Assembly (NCBI GenBank): GCA_026014495.1
Contig: JAOZIF010000142.1
Coordinates: forward strand, 514 to 32,845
DNA length: 32,332 nucleotides
Direction: 5' to 3'
Source of the DNA: Candidatus Bathyarchaeum sp.
GTDB lineage: Archaea > Thermoproteota > Bathyarchaeia > Bathyarchaeales > Bathyarchaeaceae
Below the pieces are notes generated by a model, which was not told the DNA's origin, did not search any database, and saw only the letters and a list, made by a program, of their open reading frames with translations. The position numbers were made by a program, and so were the translations under genes. Positions 17,232-26,337 of this stretch are shown here, in pieces. Every line of letters begins with the position of its first letter. Position 1 is the first letter of the stretch.

Positions 17232-18341
17232 TTGTCTTTGAAAATGTGTGTGATGTTGAGTTTGGTTGTCAATAAATCAGGCGAAGTTTTCAGTATTCAG
17301 ACAGTAAATCTGACTAAAAGATTTGCTAAAAAGAGGCACAGGGGCGTTTTTGGTTTTCTGCGAAGAAACCAGTTGGACAGGGATGTTATAGAGAAAAATG
17401 GGGTTACTGTTGCATTAAATAAGGTTAACATCAAAATTTGTCCTGGAGAACTCTTTGGGCTTCTTGGACCAAATGGGTCTGGAAAAACTACGATGATTAA
17501 GTGTTTATCTACAATCTTGATTCCAGACGAAGGCACAGTCAGGGTAAACGGTTTTGATGCTCAAAAAGAAACTTCTATGGTGCGAGCTAGTTTGGGAATG
17601 GTTGTGGGTGGGGAAAGAACATTATACTGGAAGCTCACAGCCAGAGACAATTTGATGTATTTTGCTTCGTTGTATAAGATGCAAAGGGCTCATGCAAAAA
17701 GAAGGGTTGATGAGCTTTTAGAAATGTTTCATCTCTCTGACAGGGCAGATGAGAGGCTTGAAGATTATAGCACGGGTATGAGGCAAAAGGTTACCATAGC
17801 GCGGGCGTTATTGCATGATCCGCCGATTTTGTTGTTGGATGAACCTACCTTGGGTTTAGATCCGGGTTTCTCAAGGCAAATTCGTAGACAAATAAGAGAG
17901 CTTTCAGAAAAGCATGGGAAAACGGTTCTTTTGACTACTCATTACATGGATGAGGCTGACCAGTTGTGTGATCGAGTGGCGTTTATAAACAGTGGCAATA
18001 TTGTTGCGGTTGATACTCCAAACAGGCTCAAGGCAAGGGTGAAAGAGAAGGAGATTGTAGAGGTGACTGTTTACAGTCCACCTGCGGACATTGAAGAGCG
18101 TATTCGTTCTTTGTTGCCAGATGCGGAAGTTGTTAAACTTATTTTAGGTGATGAGGATAAGGGAAATCCTTCTAGAATTAAGATAATTGGTGGAGCCGCA
18201 GAAGAGCATGTGGGAACGGTTATTGATGCTCTTAGGCAGAAGAATGTTCGGATTGGCAGCTTGAATGTTGGTGTGCCTACGCTTGAGGATGTTTTTATCA
18301 AGTTAACTGGTGCAAAACTTACGGAGGGCGGAATGCAGTAG
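17232..18341 (+). CDS. ABC-2 exporter ATP-binding subunit
   Basis: GPNGSGKTT, YSTGMRQK signature, LLLDEPT, LLTTHYMDEAD, C-terminal PTLEDVFIKLTG; start uncertain (17232-17253). Confidence 0.95.
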   Translation: MSLKMCVMLSLVVNKSGEVFSIQTVNLTKRFAKKRHRGVFGFLRRNQLDRDVIEKNGVTVALNKVNIKICPGELFGLLGPNGSGKTTMIKCLSTILIPDEGTVRVNGFDAQKETSMVRASLGMVVGGERTLYWKLTARDNLMYFASLYKMQRAHAKRRVDELLEMFHLSDRADERLEDYSTGMRQKVTIARALLHDPPILLLDEPTLGLDPGFSRQIRRQIRELSEKHGKTVLLTTHYMDEADQLCDRVAFINSGNIVAVDTPNRLKARVKEKEIVEVTVYSPPADIEERIRSLLPDAEVVKLILGDEDKGNPSRIKIIGGAAEEHVGTVIDALRQKNVRIGSLNVGVPTLEDVFIKLTGAKLTEGGMQ

Positions 18342-19196
18342 ATGATGCAGAGCGCCTATGAGCAGTCTTCGGTGCGTAGCAATTTCTTTGTTGTTTGGAA
18401 TGAGTTTGTTAAGAACATGAAGTTCTTGATGGCGTATCCAATTATCTTTGTTTTTTGGGCAGTGTTTCCGATTTTTTGGTTTATTCCATTTATTTTGCAG
18501 GGGCAAGCGTTTGTGGGGGGTCTAGAAAGTGCAAGCTTTGCTCAGATTGCAGGAACTGAGGATTATATTTCGTTTATTGTCATAGGTGCGGTGCTCAATA
18601 GTTACGTAAACACTTTGTTGTATGGTATGGGAGAGAGTATAAGGCGTGAAGCAGTGCAGGGGACATTGGATTATGTGTTTGCTGCGCCATGCAATAAGGC
18701 GTATGTGCTTATTGGAAAAGCGCTGAGTGAAAGTGTGTCCAGCACAATTTTTGCGGTAAGTCAACTTACTATTTCTGTGCTACTTTTTGGAGTGACATTT
18801 ACTTTGGAGGTTATGTTTCCGGTGTTTTTCATAGTTATTTTGCTTATACTTGGATTGTATGGTTTGTCTCTTGTTTTAGCTGCGGTATCGTTGATGTATA
18901 AGCAATCTCATGATGTCTCGGAAACAATTGGATACTTTTTTTACATTTTTTCTCCTGTGCGCTATCCAATTGAGAGTCTACCAAGTTGGGCTCAAATCAT
19001 TGGCAAGCTTATTCCACTTACATATGCACTGATTATTGTAAGGAGTATTATGCTTCTTGGAACAAGCCTTACAGAAATGTATTGGGAGATTTTTGCGCTT
19101 TTGATTATTGACGCTGTTTTGATAGCTGCGGGCTTTTACATGTTCAATTGGATGGAAGAAAAGACGAAAAGGTCTGGAACAATCAGCCATCACTAA
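18342..19196 (+). CDS. ABC-2 type permease
   Basis: Six TM segments; RREAVQGTLDYVFAAP; SPVRYPIESLP. Confidence 0.9.
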   Translation: MMQSAYEQSSVRSNFFVVWNEFVKNMKFLMAYPIIFVFWAVFPIFWFIPFILQGQAFVGGLESASFAQIAGTEDYISFIVIGAVLNSYVNTLLYGMGESIRREAVQGTLDYVFAAPCNKAYVLIGKALSESVSSTIFAVSQLTISVLLFGVTFTLEVMFPVFFIVILLILGLYGLSLVLAAVSLMYKQSHDVSETIGYFFYIFSPVRYPIESLPSWAQIIGKLIPLTYALIIVRSIMLLGTSLTEMYWEIFALLIIDAVLIAAGFYMFNWMEEKTKRSGTISHH

Positions 19197-19208
19197 GGAG
19201 AAATTGGG

Positions 19209-20102
19209 TTGGAAAAAAATAATAAAGATTACAGGTTGCGTGAAGTGAAATGTCCATCGGGATTTACTTGGGCTAATGTAAAGGCTGAACTGAGGGCTAT
19301 CTGGGAGGCTAATGTTAAAGCGTGGAAGATTGATTTTGCTTATCCTGTGAGTTTTGTTCGCCAGCTGATTTCTCCTGTAGTTTTCATGATACCGTACCTT
19401 CTTTATGGTCTTGTTTTGATTGGTGGCACATACAGCGAGAATTTGGCGCAGCTTGTTGGAACAGGAGATGTTGTTGCTTTCATTTTTACAGGTTACATTA
19501 TGATGGGATTCATAGGAACAGCGGTTTGGGCGATGGGTTTTAGCATGCGTAGAGAGCAGTGGTTTGGAACACTAGAGGCAATTTATGTTACGCCTGCCAG
19601 CCGTTTGGGGCAGGTTTTGGGAATGGCTTTGCACAGTACGGTTCATCAAGGAATGGGCACGCTCATCCAAGCAGTTTTCATATACGTCACCTTTGGTTTA
19701 GGTTTGAATATGTCGGGAATTTTGCCCGCTTTATTGATTTTTGCGCTCATGTTGTTTGCGCTGTACGGTTTTGGCATAGTAATCGCAGCTGTAAGCATGA
19801 TTCTAAAAGAGGGCTGGATAGTATCAGATAGTTTCTATAGTATCATGACGATTCTTTCGCCTGTAGCTTACCCGCTAACTGTTCTTCCCACCTTAGCTCA
19901 ACAGGCAAGCGCCATATTTCCAACAGCACCAGCACTGATTGGGATGCGAACTTTCTTGATATATGATTATGTTCCAGAGGTTGTCGGCAATGTCTTTTTG
20001 CATCTATTAGCATTGGGCATAGTCTGGATTGTCTTTGGGGTTTTTGTGTTTCATTTGACAGATAAGTATGTGAGAAAGAAGGGGATACTCAAAAAGTACT
20101 AG
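19209..20102 (+). CDS. ABC-2 type permease (second)
   Basis: RREQWFGTLEAIYVTP; SPVAYPLTVLP; TM pattern. Confidence 0.9.
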   Translation: MEKNNKDYRLREVKCPSGFTWANVKAELRAIWEANVKAWKIDFAYPVSFVRQLISPVVFMIPYLLYGLVLIGGTYSENLAQLVGTGDVVAFIFTGYIMMGFIGTAVWAMGFSMRREQWFGTLEAIYVTPASRLGQVLGMALHSTVHQGMGTLIQAVFIYVTFGLGLNMSGILPALLIFALMLFALYGFGIVIAAVSMILKEGWIVSDSFYSIMTILSPVAYPLTVLPTLAQQASAIFPTAPALIGMRTFLIYDYVPEVVGNVFLHLLALGIVWIVFGVFVFHLTDKYVRKKGILKKY

Positions 20103-20147
20103 TTGCCACAAAAATATGAAAGATAACAAGACAAGTGGGACTGTTGC

Positions 20148-20738
20148 ATGATACAGGTTTGCTACCAAAAAAGAGGAAATGTTTGGTATGGCACAGCGGT
20201 TCAGGATAACCAAGTTGTCGCAACATGTTTTTCTACAAAAGAGCCAGACTTAAAGCGCCTAATAGCTAGGTTGCCAGAAGATGCTGGGTTTCAGGTTTTA
20301 GAAGAGCCAGATAAGTTTTTAGCAAATGTTCTGGGCGGGTTAGAGGATTGTTTCAACGGAAAAAATCGAGAAAAATGTGGACTGGATGTGAGAATGCACC
20401 AGCTTTCCAGTTACACAAAAAAGGTGCTTAATTGCACGGGTTTGGTTCCTGTTGGATATGTGACAACGTATGGTGCCATAGCCAAGGTTGTGGGCGGAAG
20501 TGCAAGGTCTGTTGGGCGAGTTGAGGCATCAAATCCTGTTCCGTTATTGATTCCATGCCACAGGGTTGTTCGTTCTGATTTGAGCGTAGGCGGTTATGGA
20601 TATGGAGAGCAAACAAAAATGGAGATTCTTCAAAGGGAAGACAGAGGCTACGAAGAGTCAAAGGAACTAAAGGTTGATGATAAAGAGCTGGTTTTGTTTC
20701 CTGTAAAATGGGTTAAACAAAAGCATGGAGAGCTTTAA
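20148..20738 (+). CDS. ogt: Methylated-DNA-protein-cysteine methyltransferase
   Basis: TTYGAIA, ARSVGR, NPVPLLIPCHRVV active-site motif. Confidence 0.93.
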   Translation: MIQVCYQKRGNVWYGTAVQDNQVVATCFSTKEPDLKRLIARLPEDAGFQVLEEPDKFLANVLGGLEDCFNGKNREKCGLDVRMHQLSSYTKKVLNCTGLVPVGYVTTYGAIAKVVGGSARSVGRVEASNPVPLLIPCHRVVRSDLSVGGYGYGEQTKMEILQREDRGYEESKELKVDDKELVLFPVKWVKQKHGEL

Positions 20739-20798
20739 GAGGTTAAAGAATAGCATATAAAACAGAAAGGTTTCGTTCTTCAGAGTGGGGAAAACTGT

Positions 20799-21329
20799 AT
20801 GGTGAAACGTGGGATTTTTGTTGGAAGATTTCAGCCCGTTCACAATGGACATTTGGAAGTCATAAACGGAATTTTGGAAAATGTTGACGAGCTTGTAATA
20901 ATTGTTGGGAGTTCCCAGTATAGCCACAGGCTGGATAATCCGTTTACTACAGGCGAACGAATTACTATGATACGAAAAGCTCTCCAAGAAAAGGGAATAG
21001 AGATGTCAAAAATTTGGATAATACCAGTACCAGATGTTCATCAGCATGCACTCTGGGTCTCACAGATTGTTGGTTATTCACCAAAATTTGATGTTGTCTA
21101 CGCTAACGAGCCACTAACTAGTCGTCTATTCACTGAAGCAGGGTTTAATGTCAAGGCGATGTCATTCATTAAACGGGATATTTACTCTGCAACAGAAATT
21201 CGTAAACACATAATAGATGGCAGAAAATGGGAAGAGCTTGTCCCAAGCAGCGTTGCCAAATTCATAAAAGAGATAGATGGTGACATCAGGCTTCGAGACC
21301 TGAACAAAACAGACAAAATTAACTGTTAA
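20799..21329 (+). CDS. nadM: Nicotinamide-nucleotide adenylyltransferase
   Basis: GRFQPVHNGH (HxGH), GSSQYSH..DNPFTTGERI, SATEIR. Confidence 0.93.
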   Translation: MVKRGIFVGRFQPVHNGHLEVINGILENVDELVIIVGSSQYSHRLDNPFTTGERITMIRKALQEKGIEMSKIWIIPVPDVHQHALWVSQIVGYSPKFDVVYANEPLTSRLFTEAGFNVKAMSFIKRDIYSATEIRKHIIDGRKWEELVPSSVAKFIKEIDGDIRLRDLNKTDKINC

Positions 21330-21700
21330 AGTCGGGCTAGCAAACAGCCCCAGTTGCAATCATGCTAATGCTTGTGTGAACTTTTTTAGTAAATGTGTGC
21401 TGTGCAGAATTTTTCAGAAAAAAAGATAGTTTTCAACAATGAACTGCTATTAGGAGACTAATATGCCGCACAGAAGTGTGAATAAAAGAGCAGCTATCAC
21501 TACACTTTCAGTTGAATTACGATTCTATAAAAAAACAATATGTCCCCCCAAAGTTTTTCGTGAAAATGAGTTAATGAATGAAAAATTAATTAATAAAAAT
21601 CAGACCTGAAATTTAACACTAAACAATATGGAACAAATTAAAAAAGCAAACATGATTACTAATAAATTGAACAAATATTGACACTGTTGTTGGTGGTTAC

Positions 21701-22582
21701 ATGCCCAAAAGTGTACCATGTTTTATTATCATGCCCTTTTCTCAAACGACAGATGAACATACAGAGAATTATTGGACAGAACATTACGAATACTTCTTGA
21801 AGCCTATAATTGAAGAAATCCCAACGCTTAATGCTTTGAGATCAGAACCATTACGTGGAGACTTAATAAGAGAAATTATAAAAGATCTTGTTTTTTCGCC
21901 AATAGTTGTTGCAGACATTACAGACTTAAATCCTAATGTTTTTTGGGAATTGGGAATTCGTCAAAGTTTCAAACATGGCACAATAACAATCGCTGAACAA
22001 GGTACTCGAATTCCCTTTGACATTGGAAGTAAGGGTACGCTTTTTTATTATCCAAAAAACCATATAAAAAATCAAATATTTAGAAGAAAACTTAAAACAG
22101 CAATATTGGATTGTATGTCAAATCCTAAACGACCAGACAGTCAAGTTTTGGAGATAATCACAGGCAGAGGAACTGTATTCCAATTATTTCAACGTGAACA
22201 AACAATTCGCAGAGTAGATGCACTTATCACTGAATGTGAAAACAACCTATTTCTCAATACCACAATTTATAAGATCATTGAAAAAAACTTAAGTGACCCC
22301 AAAAACAAGAAATGGACTACTGCTAAATTTCGAACATTGGCACTTGAATTGTTAATAACTAATCGGTATCTTGATGAAGATGAAAGTTTTTACGAAATCG
22401 CAACATTTGCATTTTATGCTTTAGAAAATAAAAATTCTGCAATTGACAAGTGGTTTACTAACGATGAACATACTGAAAACTGGTTTTTAAAACCACTAAT
22501 GAAAGAAAAATATACTGAAGCAGTTAAAAACTTGATGAAAAAACTGAAGAAAATAAAGAAAAAACTTGAGATCTCATTTTGA
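21701..22582 (+). CDS. Low-GC hypothetical protein with N-terminal nucleoside 2-deoxyribosyltransferase-like domain
   Basis: CFIIMPFS ... IVVADITDLNPNVFWELG ... IPFDI; helical C-terminal half. Confidence 0.7.
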   Translation: MPKSVPCFIIMPFSQTTDEHTENYWTEHYEYFLKPIIEEIPTLNALRSEPLRGDLIREIIKDLVFSPIVVADITDLNPNVFWELGIRQSFKHGTITIAEQGTRIPFDIGSKGTLFYYPKNHIKNQIFRRKLKTAILDCMSNPKRPDSQVLEIITGRGTVFQLFQREQTIRRVDALITECENNLFLNTTIYKIIEKNLSDPKNKKWTTAKFRTLALELLITNRYLDEDESFYEIATFAFYALENKNSAIDKWFTNDEHTENWFLKPLMKEKYTEAVKNLMKKLKKIKKKLEISF

Positions 22583-22704
22583 ATTAGCTTTAGTTTTAGA
22601 GATGGGTGTCCCTAGTTTACAAATTCTTGGTTTTCACTGATTAAGTCTATCTCTCAAACAATTAACAATTAGCAAGTTCTCAACGCGAATTTTGTTATCA
22701 AGGT

Positions 22705-23349
22705 ATGAATAAATATGGCGACATAGTTGTTTTTGAGGATGGCTCAACAATGATGAAGAATTCGCTTAAGCTGACGCCAACAACGTTCCTAGTTACTTTC
22801 AATGTGCTGGTTTACGTTTACACTTCGTTGCTTAGCGGAAACTTTATCGAAACAAAAACCAGCGTGCTTGTTCAGTTTGGACAATACAACTTCGCAGTAT
22901 TGAATGGCGGCGAATATTGGCAACTATTAACAAGCATCTTTGTTCACGTAGACATCATGCACATTGCTCTAAACATGCTGTTTTTACTAATATTTGGCCT
23001 AAGAGCAGAAGAGATGTTCAAAATAGAAGAATACGCCGCAGTTTACCTGCTTTCAGGACTAACAGGCAGCTTGCTAACACTCGTTTTGATGGCACCAAAC
23101 ACCCTTTCCGCAGGAGCCTCAGGAGCAGTATTTGGAATGTACGGCGCAACCATCATATACTCACGAAAAGCTTTTGGTCAATCCATCATGAGCGCACTAA
23201 TCTATGCGTTTCTGTTCTTAATGCTATCCACAGGCTCAGGCGTCAACGTAATTGCACACTTTGGCGGCCTCGCAACAGGACTAATAATGGGTTACACACT
23301 AGCAAAATCACGCAAAAACGCCTACTGGACAGAAGCATATTGGCAATAA
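22705..23349 (+). CDS. Rhomboid intramembrane serine protease
   Basis: YWQLLTSIFVH, HIALNM, GASGAVFG (Ser), AHFGG (His); true start probably later (MMKNS). Confidence 0.93.
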   Translation: MNKYGDIVVFEDGSTMMKNSLKLTPTTFLVTFNVLVYVYTSLLSGNFIETKTSVLVQFGQYNFAVLNGGEYWQLLTSIFVHVDIMHIALNMLFLLIFGLRAEEMFKIEEYAAVYLLSGLTGSLLTLVLMAPNTLSAGASGAVFGMYGATIIYSRKAFGQSIMSALIYAFLFLMLSTGSGVNVIAHFGGLATGLIMGYTLAKSRKNAYWTEAYWQ

Positions 23350-23373
23350 AATTGAGCCCAGTTTAACTGGAAA

Positions 23374-24177
23374 TCATTTCACAGAAACATGAAAAGCGTC
23401 TCCAATTTTTGCCCCAAAAAACTTGCAAGCACTACCCTGATTAGCAGCCACCTCAAGAAAGTTGCCACTACCAATTAAAGCCAAACAAGACCCAACTGGA
23501 GCCGCGCCATAAGCAGAACAGAACTGCAAATTCAAGGTTTTATCGCCAACCACAACAACAAGACAGTCCCCCTCAGCAACCCCATAGTGCTTAAGGTCTT
23601 GCGCTGAAATGTTGCTGATAATGTTACCAAAATCGTCAATGTACAAAACCTCTCCAACCAGCGCACCATTTTTTGTGCATGGCTTTGCAAAATCAGGAAA
23701 TACGAAATCTTGTATTACAGGCCCAAAATCGGACGGCTTTACACCTTTTGACAGATACGCAGCTACAGGAGCAAATATGTCTCTTCCATGAAAAGTGTTA
23801 GATATATTTGATGAAACATATTTTGGGTTGTCTATCAGGTAAACGTTCACTACATGTTCTTTGTGTGCAACCAACATAACAAGCCCATTATCTGGACCAA
23901 CATAGAAACTACGCCGCGTTTCTACGATTATGGGACGCCTTTTTGTTCCAACACCAGGGTCTACAACCGCCACATGAACGGTCTTTGGAGGAAAATACGG
24001 AGCAACACAAGCTAAAACATAAGCACCCACATGAACACTAAATTTTTCTATGTCATGAGAAACATCCACAATACAAGCTTTAGGATTAACAGATAACACC
24101 ACAGCTTTCATCTGAGCCACATAAGGGTCCCGATAACCAAAATCAGAAAGCAAAGACACAACAGACATGAAACCCAC
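23374..24177 (-). CDS. SAM hydroxide adenosyltransferase (DUF62, chlorinase/fluorinase family)
   Basis: LSDFG..DPYV..MK, VVDPGVGT.R, GPDNG, TFHGRDIFAP, IDDFGN. Confidence 0.93.
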   Translation of the reverse strand: MGFMSVVSLLSDFGYRDPYVAQMKAVVLSVNPKACIVDVSHDIEKFSVHVGAYVLACVAPYFPPKTVHVAVVDPGVGTKRRPIIVETRRSFYVGPDNGLVMLVAHKEHVVNVYLIDNPKYVSSNISNTFHGRDIFAPVAAYLSKGVKPSDFGPVIQDFVFPDFAKPCTKNGALVGEVLYIDDFGNIISNISAQDLKHYGVAEGDCLVVVVGDKTLNLQFCSAYGAAPVGSCLALIGSGNFLEVAANQGSACKFFGAKIGDAFHVSVK

Positions 24178-24244
24178 CCTGAATCACATGATAAATTACC
24201 ATATTTAATAACTGTTCTCGGAGTAGTATTTGTCGTGACAAGAT

Positions 24245-25012
24245 TTGCAAGCAACCAAAGCAGTCACCCTAAACGAACTGGACAAAACAAAACACCACAA
24301 AGTCTTATGCTACCCAAGATGCACACACAAAGAACTAGAAAAACGGCTAACAGAACTAGAAAAACTCGGAATACAAGCTCTACAATTCACTGGAGAAAAA
24401 AGCGTTTTTGGAGTACCAGTATTAGGGAAAGGCTGCGTGGGCATCGTTGTTATCGCATACACAAAAACAGGTAAAGCAGCCCTAAAAATTCGCCGAATCG
24501 ACGCAGACAGAAAAGAGATGTTCCACGAAGCACAAATGCTCAAAAAAGCAAACACCATAAACATTGGACCAAAACTGCTTGAAACCAGCGAAAACTTTCT
24601 ACTCATGCAACTAATAGAAGGCAAACATTTTCCTGAATGGCTCAAAACATTAGAAAACCAAGAAACAAAAACACGTCTTCACCTAGTTCTAAAGAATGTC
24701 TTGGAACAGTGCTACAGACTCGACAAAGCAGGCATAGACCACGGAGAACTAAACAAAGCACCAAAACACATCATCATTGACGATAACGACGTTCCATATT
24801 TAATCGATTTTGAGACAACAAGCATCAATAGAAGAATATCCAACGTAACCTCAATTTGCCAATACTTTTTCTTAGGAAACAAAATCGCCAACACAGTAAA
24901 AGACAAACTTGGAAAAATCAACGAAAAAGAGCTGATAAACGCGCTACGAAGCTACAAACAAAAAACAACAAAAGAAAACTTTGAAAACATTATCAAGAAA
25001 ATATTGCTATAA
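24245..25012 (+). CDS. Archaeal Ser/Thr kinase (RIO/Bud32-like, COG2112 type)
   Basis: LGKGCVGIV, AALKIRR, HGEL loop, IDFE. Confidence 0.85.
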   Translation: MQATKAVTLNELDKTKHHKVLCYPRCTHKELEKRLTELEKLGIQALQFTGEKSVFGVPVLGKGCVGIVVIAYTKTGKAALKIRRIDADRKEMFHEAQMLKKANTINIGPKLLETSENFLLMQLIEGKHFPEWLKTLENQETKTRLHLVLKNVLEQCYRLDKAGIDHGELNKAPKHIIIDDNDVPYLIDFETTSINRRISNVTSICQYFFLGNKIANTVKDKLGKINEKELINALRSYKQKTTKENFENIIKKILL

Positions 25013-25028
25013 AAAACAGCTTCGAATA

Positions 25029-25634
25029 CTATTTTATTTTCGGCGCTTCAAAGACTAGACGGTCAGTAACTAAGCTCACCGCATAGAATACATCGTCAGG
25101 GTCAAGCTCATCCGTTGCAAGAACAAGATTGAACGGAGTAAGGTCATGACCCAAATCGAACCCATATAGACTCTTGTATATTTGCCTAGTTCGCTCATCC
25201 TTTTCAGTTAAAGCCTTCAGCGCCTCTTCAGCACTAATAGAGTCACGAGTTACAACCCGTTTAGATCTAACTTGAGGCGAAGCCTCCAACCAAATCTTGA
25301 ACCCATCGCTTAATAGCCAAGGTATGGTCCAACTATCCAGAACAATATTCCCTTCTGCTGCAAGCTCCAGCATCTTCTGATCAATTTTTTTGTCAAACTC
25401 AGGGTCACCCATTCTTTGCTGAAGAAAATTTAGACCCTCGGTGGTTTCCCACCAACCGCGTACCTCAGAGTTGTAACCTTCTTCCTGAGCTAAAAGCCTT
25501 AAAGCGTTTCCGCCAGAAAAATAGCTAAGCCCATACCGGTCAGCTAATCTTTTTGCTACTGTACTCTTTCCGGAGCCTGTCATCCCGCTAACACAAATTA
25601 TAATTTTTTTATCTTTGTTACTACAGTCGTTCAC
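25029..25634 (-). CDS. cmk: Cytidylate kinase (archaeal)
   Basis: ICVSGMTGSGKSTVAKRLA, DKKID, R.RQIYK.LYGFD. Confidence 0.9.
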   Translation of the reverse strand: MNDCSNKDKKIIICVSGMTGSGKSTVAKRLADRYGLSYFSGGNALRLLAQEEGYNSEVRGWWETTEGLNFLQQRMGDPEFDKKIDQKMLELAAEGNIVLDSWTIPWLLSDGFKIWLEASPQVRSKRVVTRDSISAEEALKALTEKDERTRQIYKSLYGFDLGHDLTPFNLVLATDELDPDDVFYAVSLVTDRLVFEAPKIK

Positions 25635-25720
25635 AGTCTGACAGCCGCCATTTCAAATTAAAGTTACATTGCCGCCTGTTTAAGGAGGCATTGGAGACAG
25701 ATAAGACACAGTTTTGGTAT

Positions 25721-26242
25721 CTAATCTGTTCCTCCTGTTAATCCAAAGATACGTGAGAATATGGTTCCAAATAAGAACGAACATATGAGGTACCAATAGA
25801 ACAGGCTTAGTTGCATTACGCCACCAAACCATGGGAGGTACGCCACAGGATATGGTCCCATGAATGGGCTTTCGAACAAATTAAAGCCCAGAATACTTCC
25901 GGTTAACAATAGCCAGACGATGTAGAAAAGTGATATAGTGATGGGTAACACTCTGAACTGCTTAGAAGACAGTGAAAGGGATTGGGATTGAAGCTGAAGA
26001 ATCTGTTTTTCTTGTTTCTGAGCCTTCTTGAGCAACTTTTTGTCGTCTGTGCTTTTTGCTAGTTTCATGTTTTCGGTTTTTTCTTTAGTTAACGCAGCGA
26101 CCTTGCGTTGGATGTCCTTAAGTTTTTGGCGGTGCTCTTTGGGCACAAAACGTCGGTTAATTAATGATGAAGACAAGGACATAACTACGGAAACGAACAT
26201 AACAACAAGTGTCACAATCGGAGGCTGTGCTAAGGAACTCAT
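25721..26242 (-). CDS. EMC3/TMCO1 (DUF106, Oxa1-superfamily) membrane protein
   Basis: TM1, coiled coil, TM2/3, WYLICSF; conserved position after secY. Confidence 0.88.
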   Translation of the reverse strand: MSSLAQPPIVTLVVMFVSVVMSLSSSLINRRFVPKEHRQKLKDIQRKVAALTKEKTENMKLAKSTDDKKLLKKAQKQEKQILQLQSQSLSLSSKQFRVLPITISLFYIVWLLLTGSILGFNLFESPFMGPYPVAYLPWFGGVMQLSLFYWYLICSFLFGTIFSRIFGLTGGTD

Positions 26243-26337
26243 TACTTAATCCTCCGGTAGTACATCTGTTCTTTGGTATGAAAGTCTTTTCCAGTTTCGG
26301 GTATTTGAGTGATACGACCAGTTCTAGTCAACATTTA

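Noticed and set aside
18333-18350. ABC ATPase TAG is immediately followed in frame by the permease ATG (possible amber read-through fusion)
   Set aside because: TAG is an ordinary stop in several genes here (KaiC copy 1, tadC-like, DUF106, rps8, second permease); no pyl genes in the window; both proteins look complete
21334-21350. GGGCT/AGCCC mini-hairpin after nadM
   Set aside because: Only a 5-bp stem with no adjacent T-tract; not distinguishable from chance
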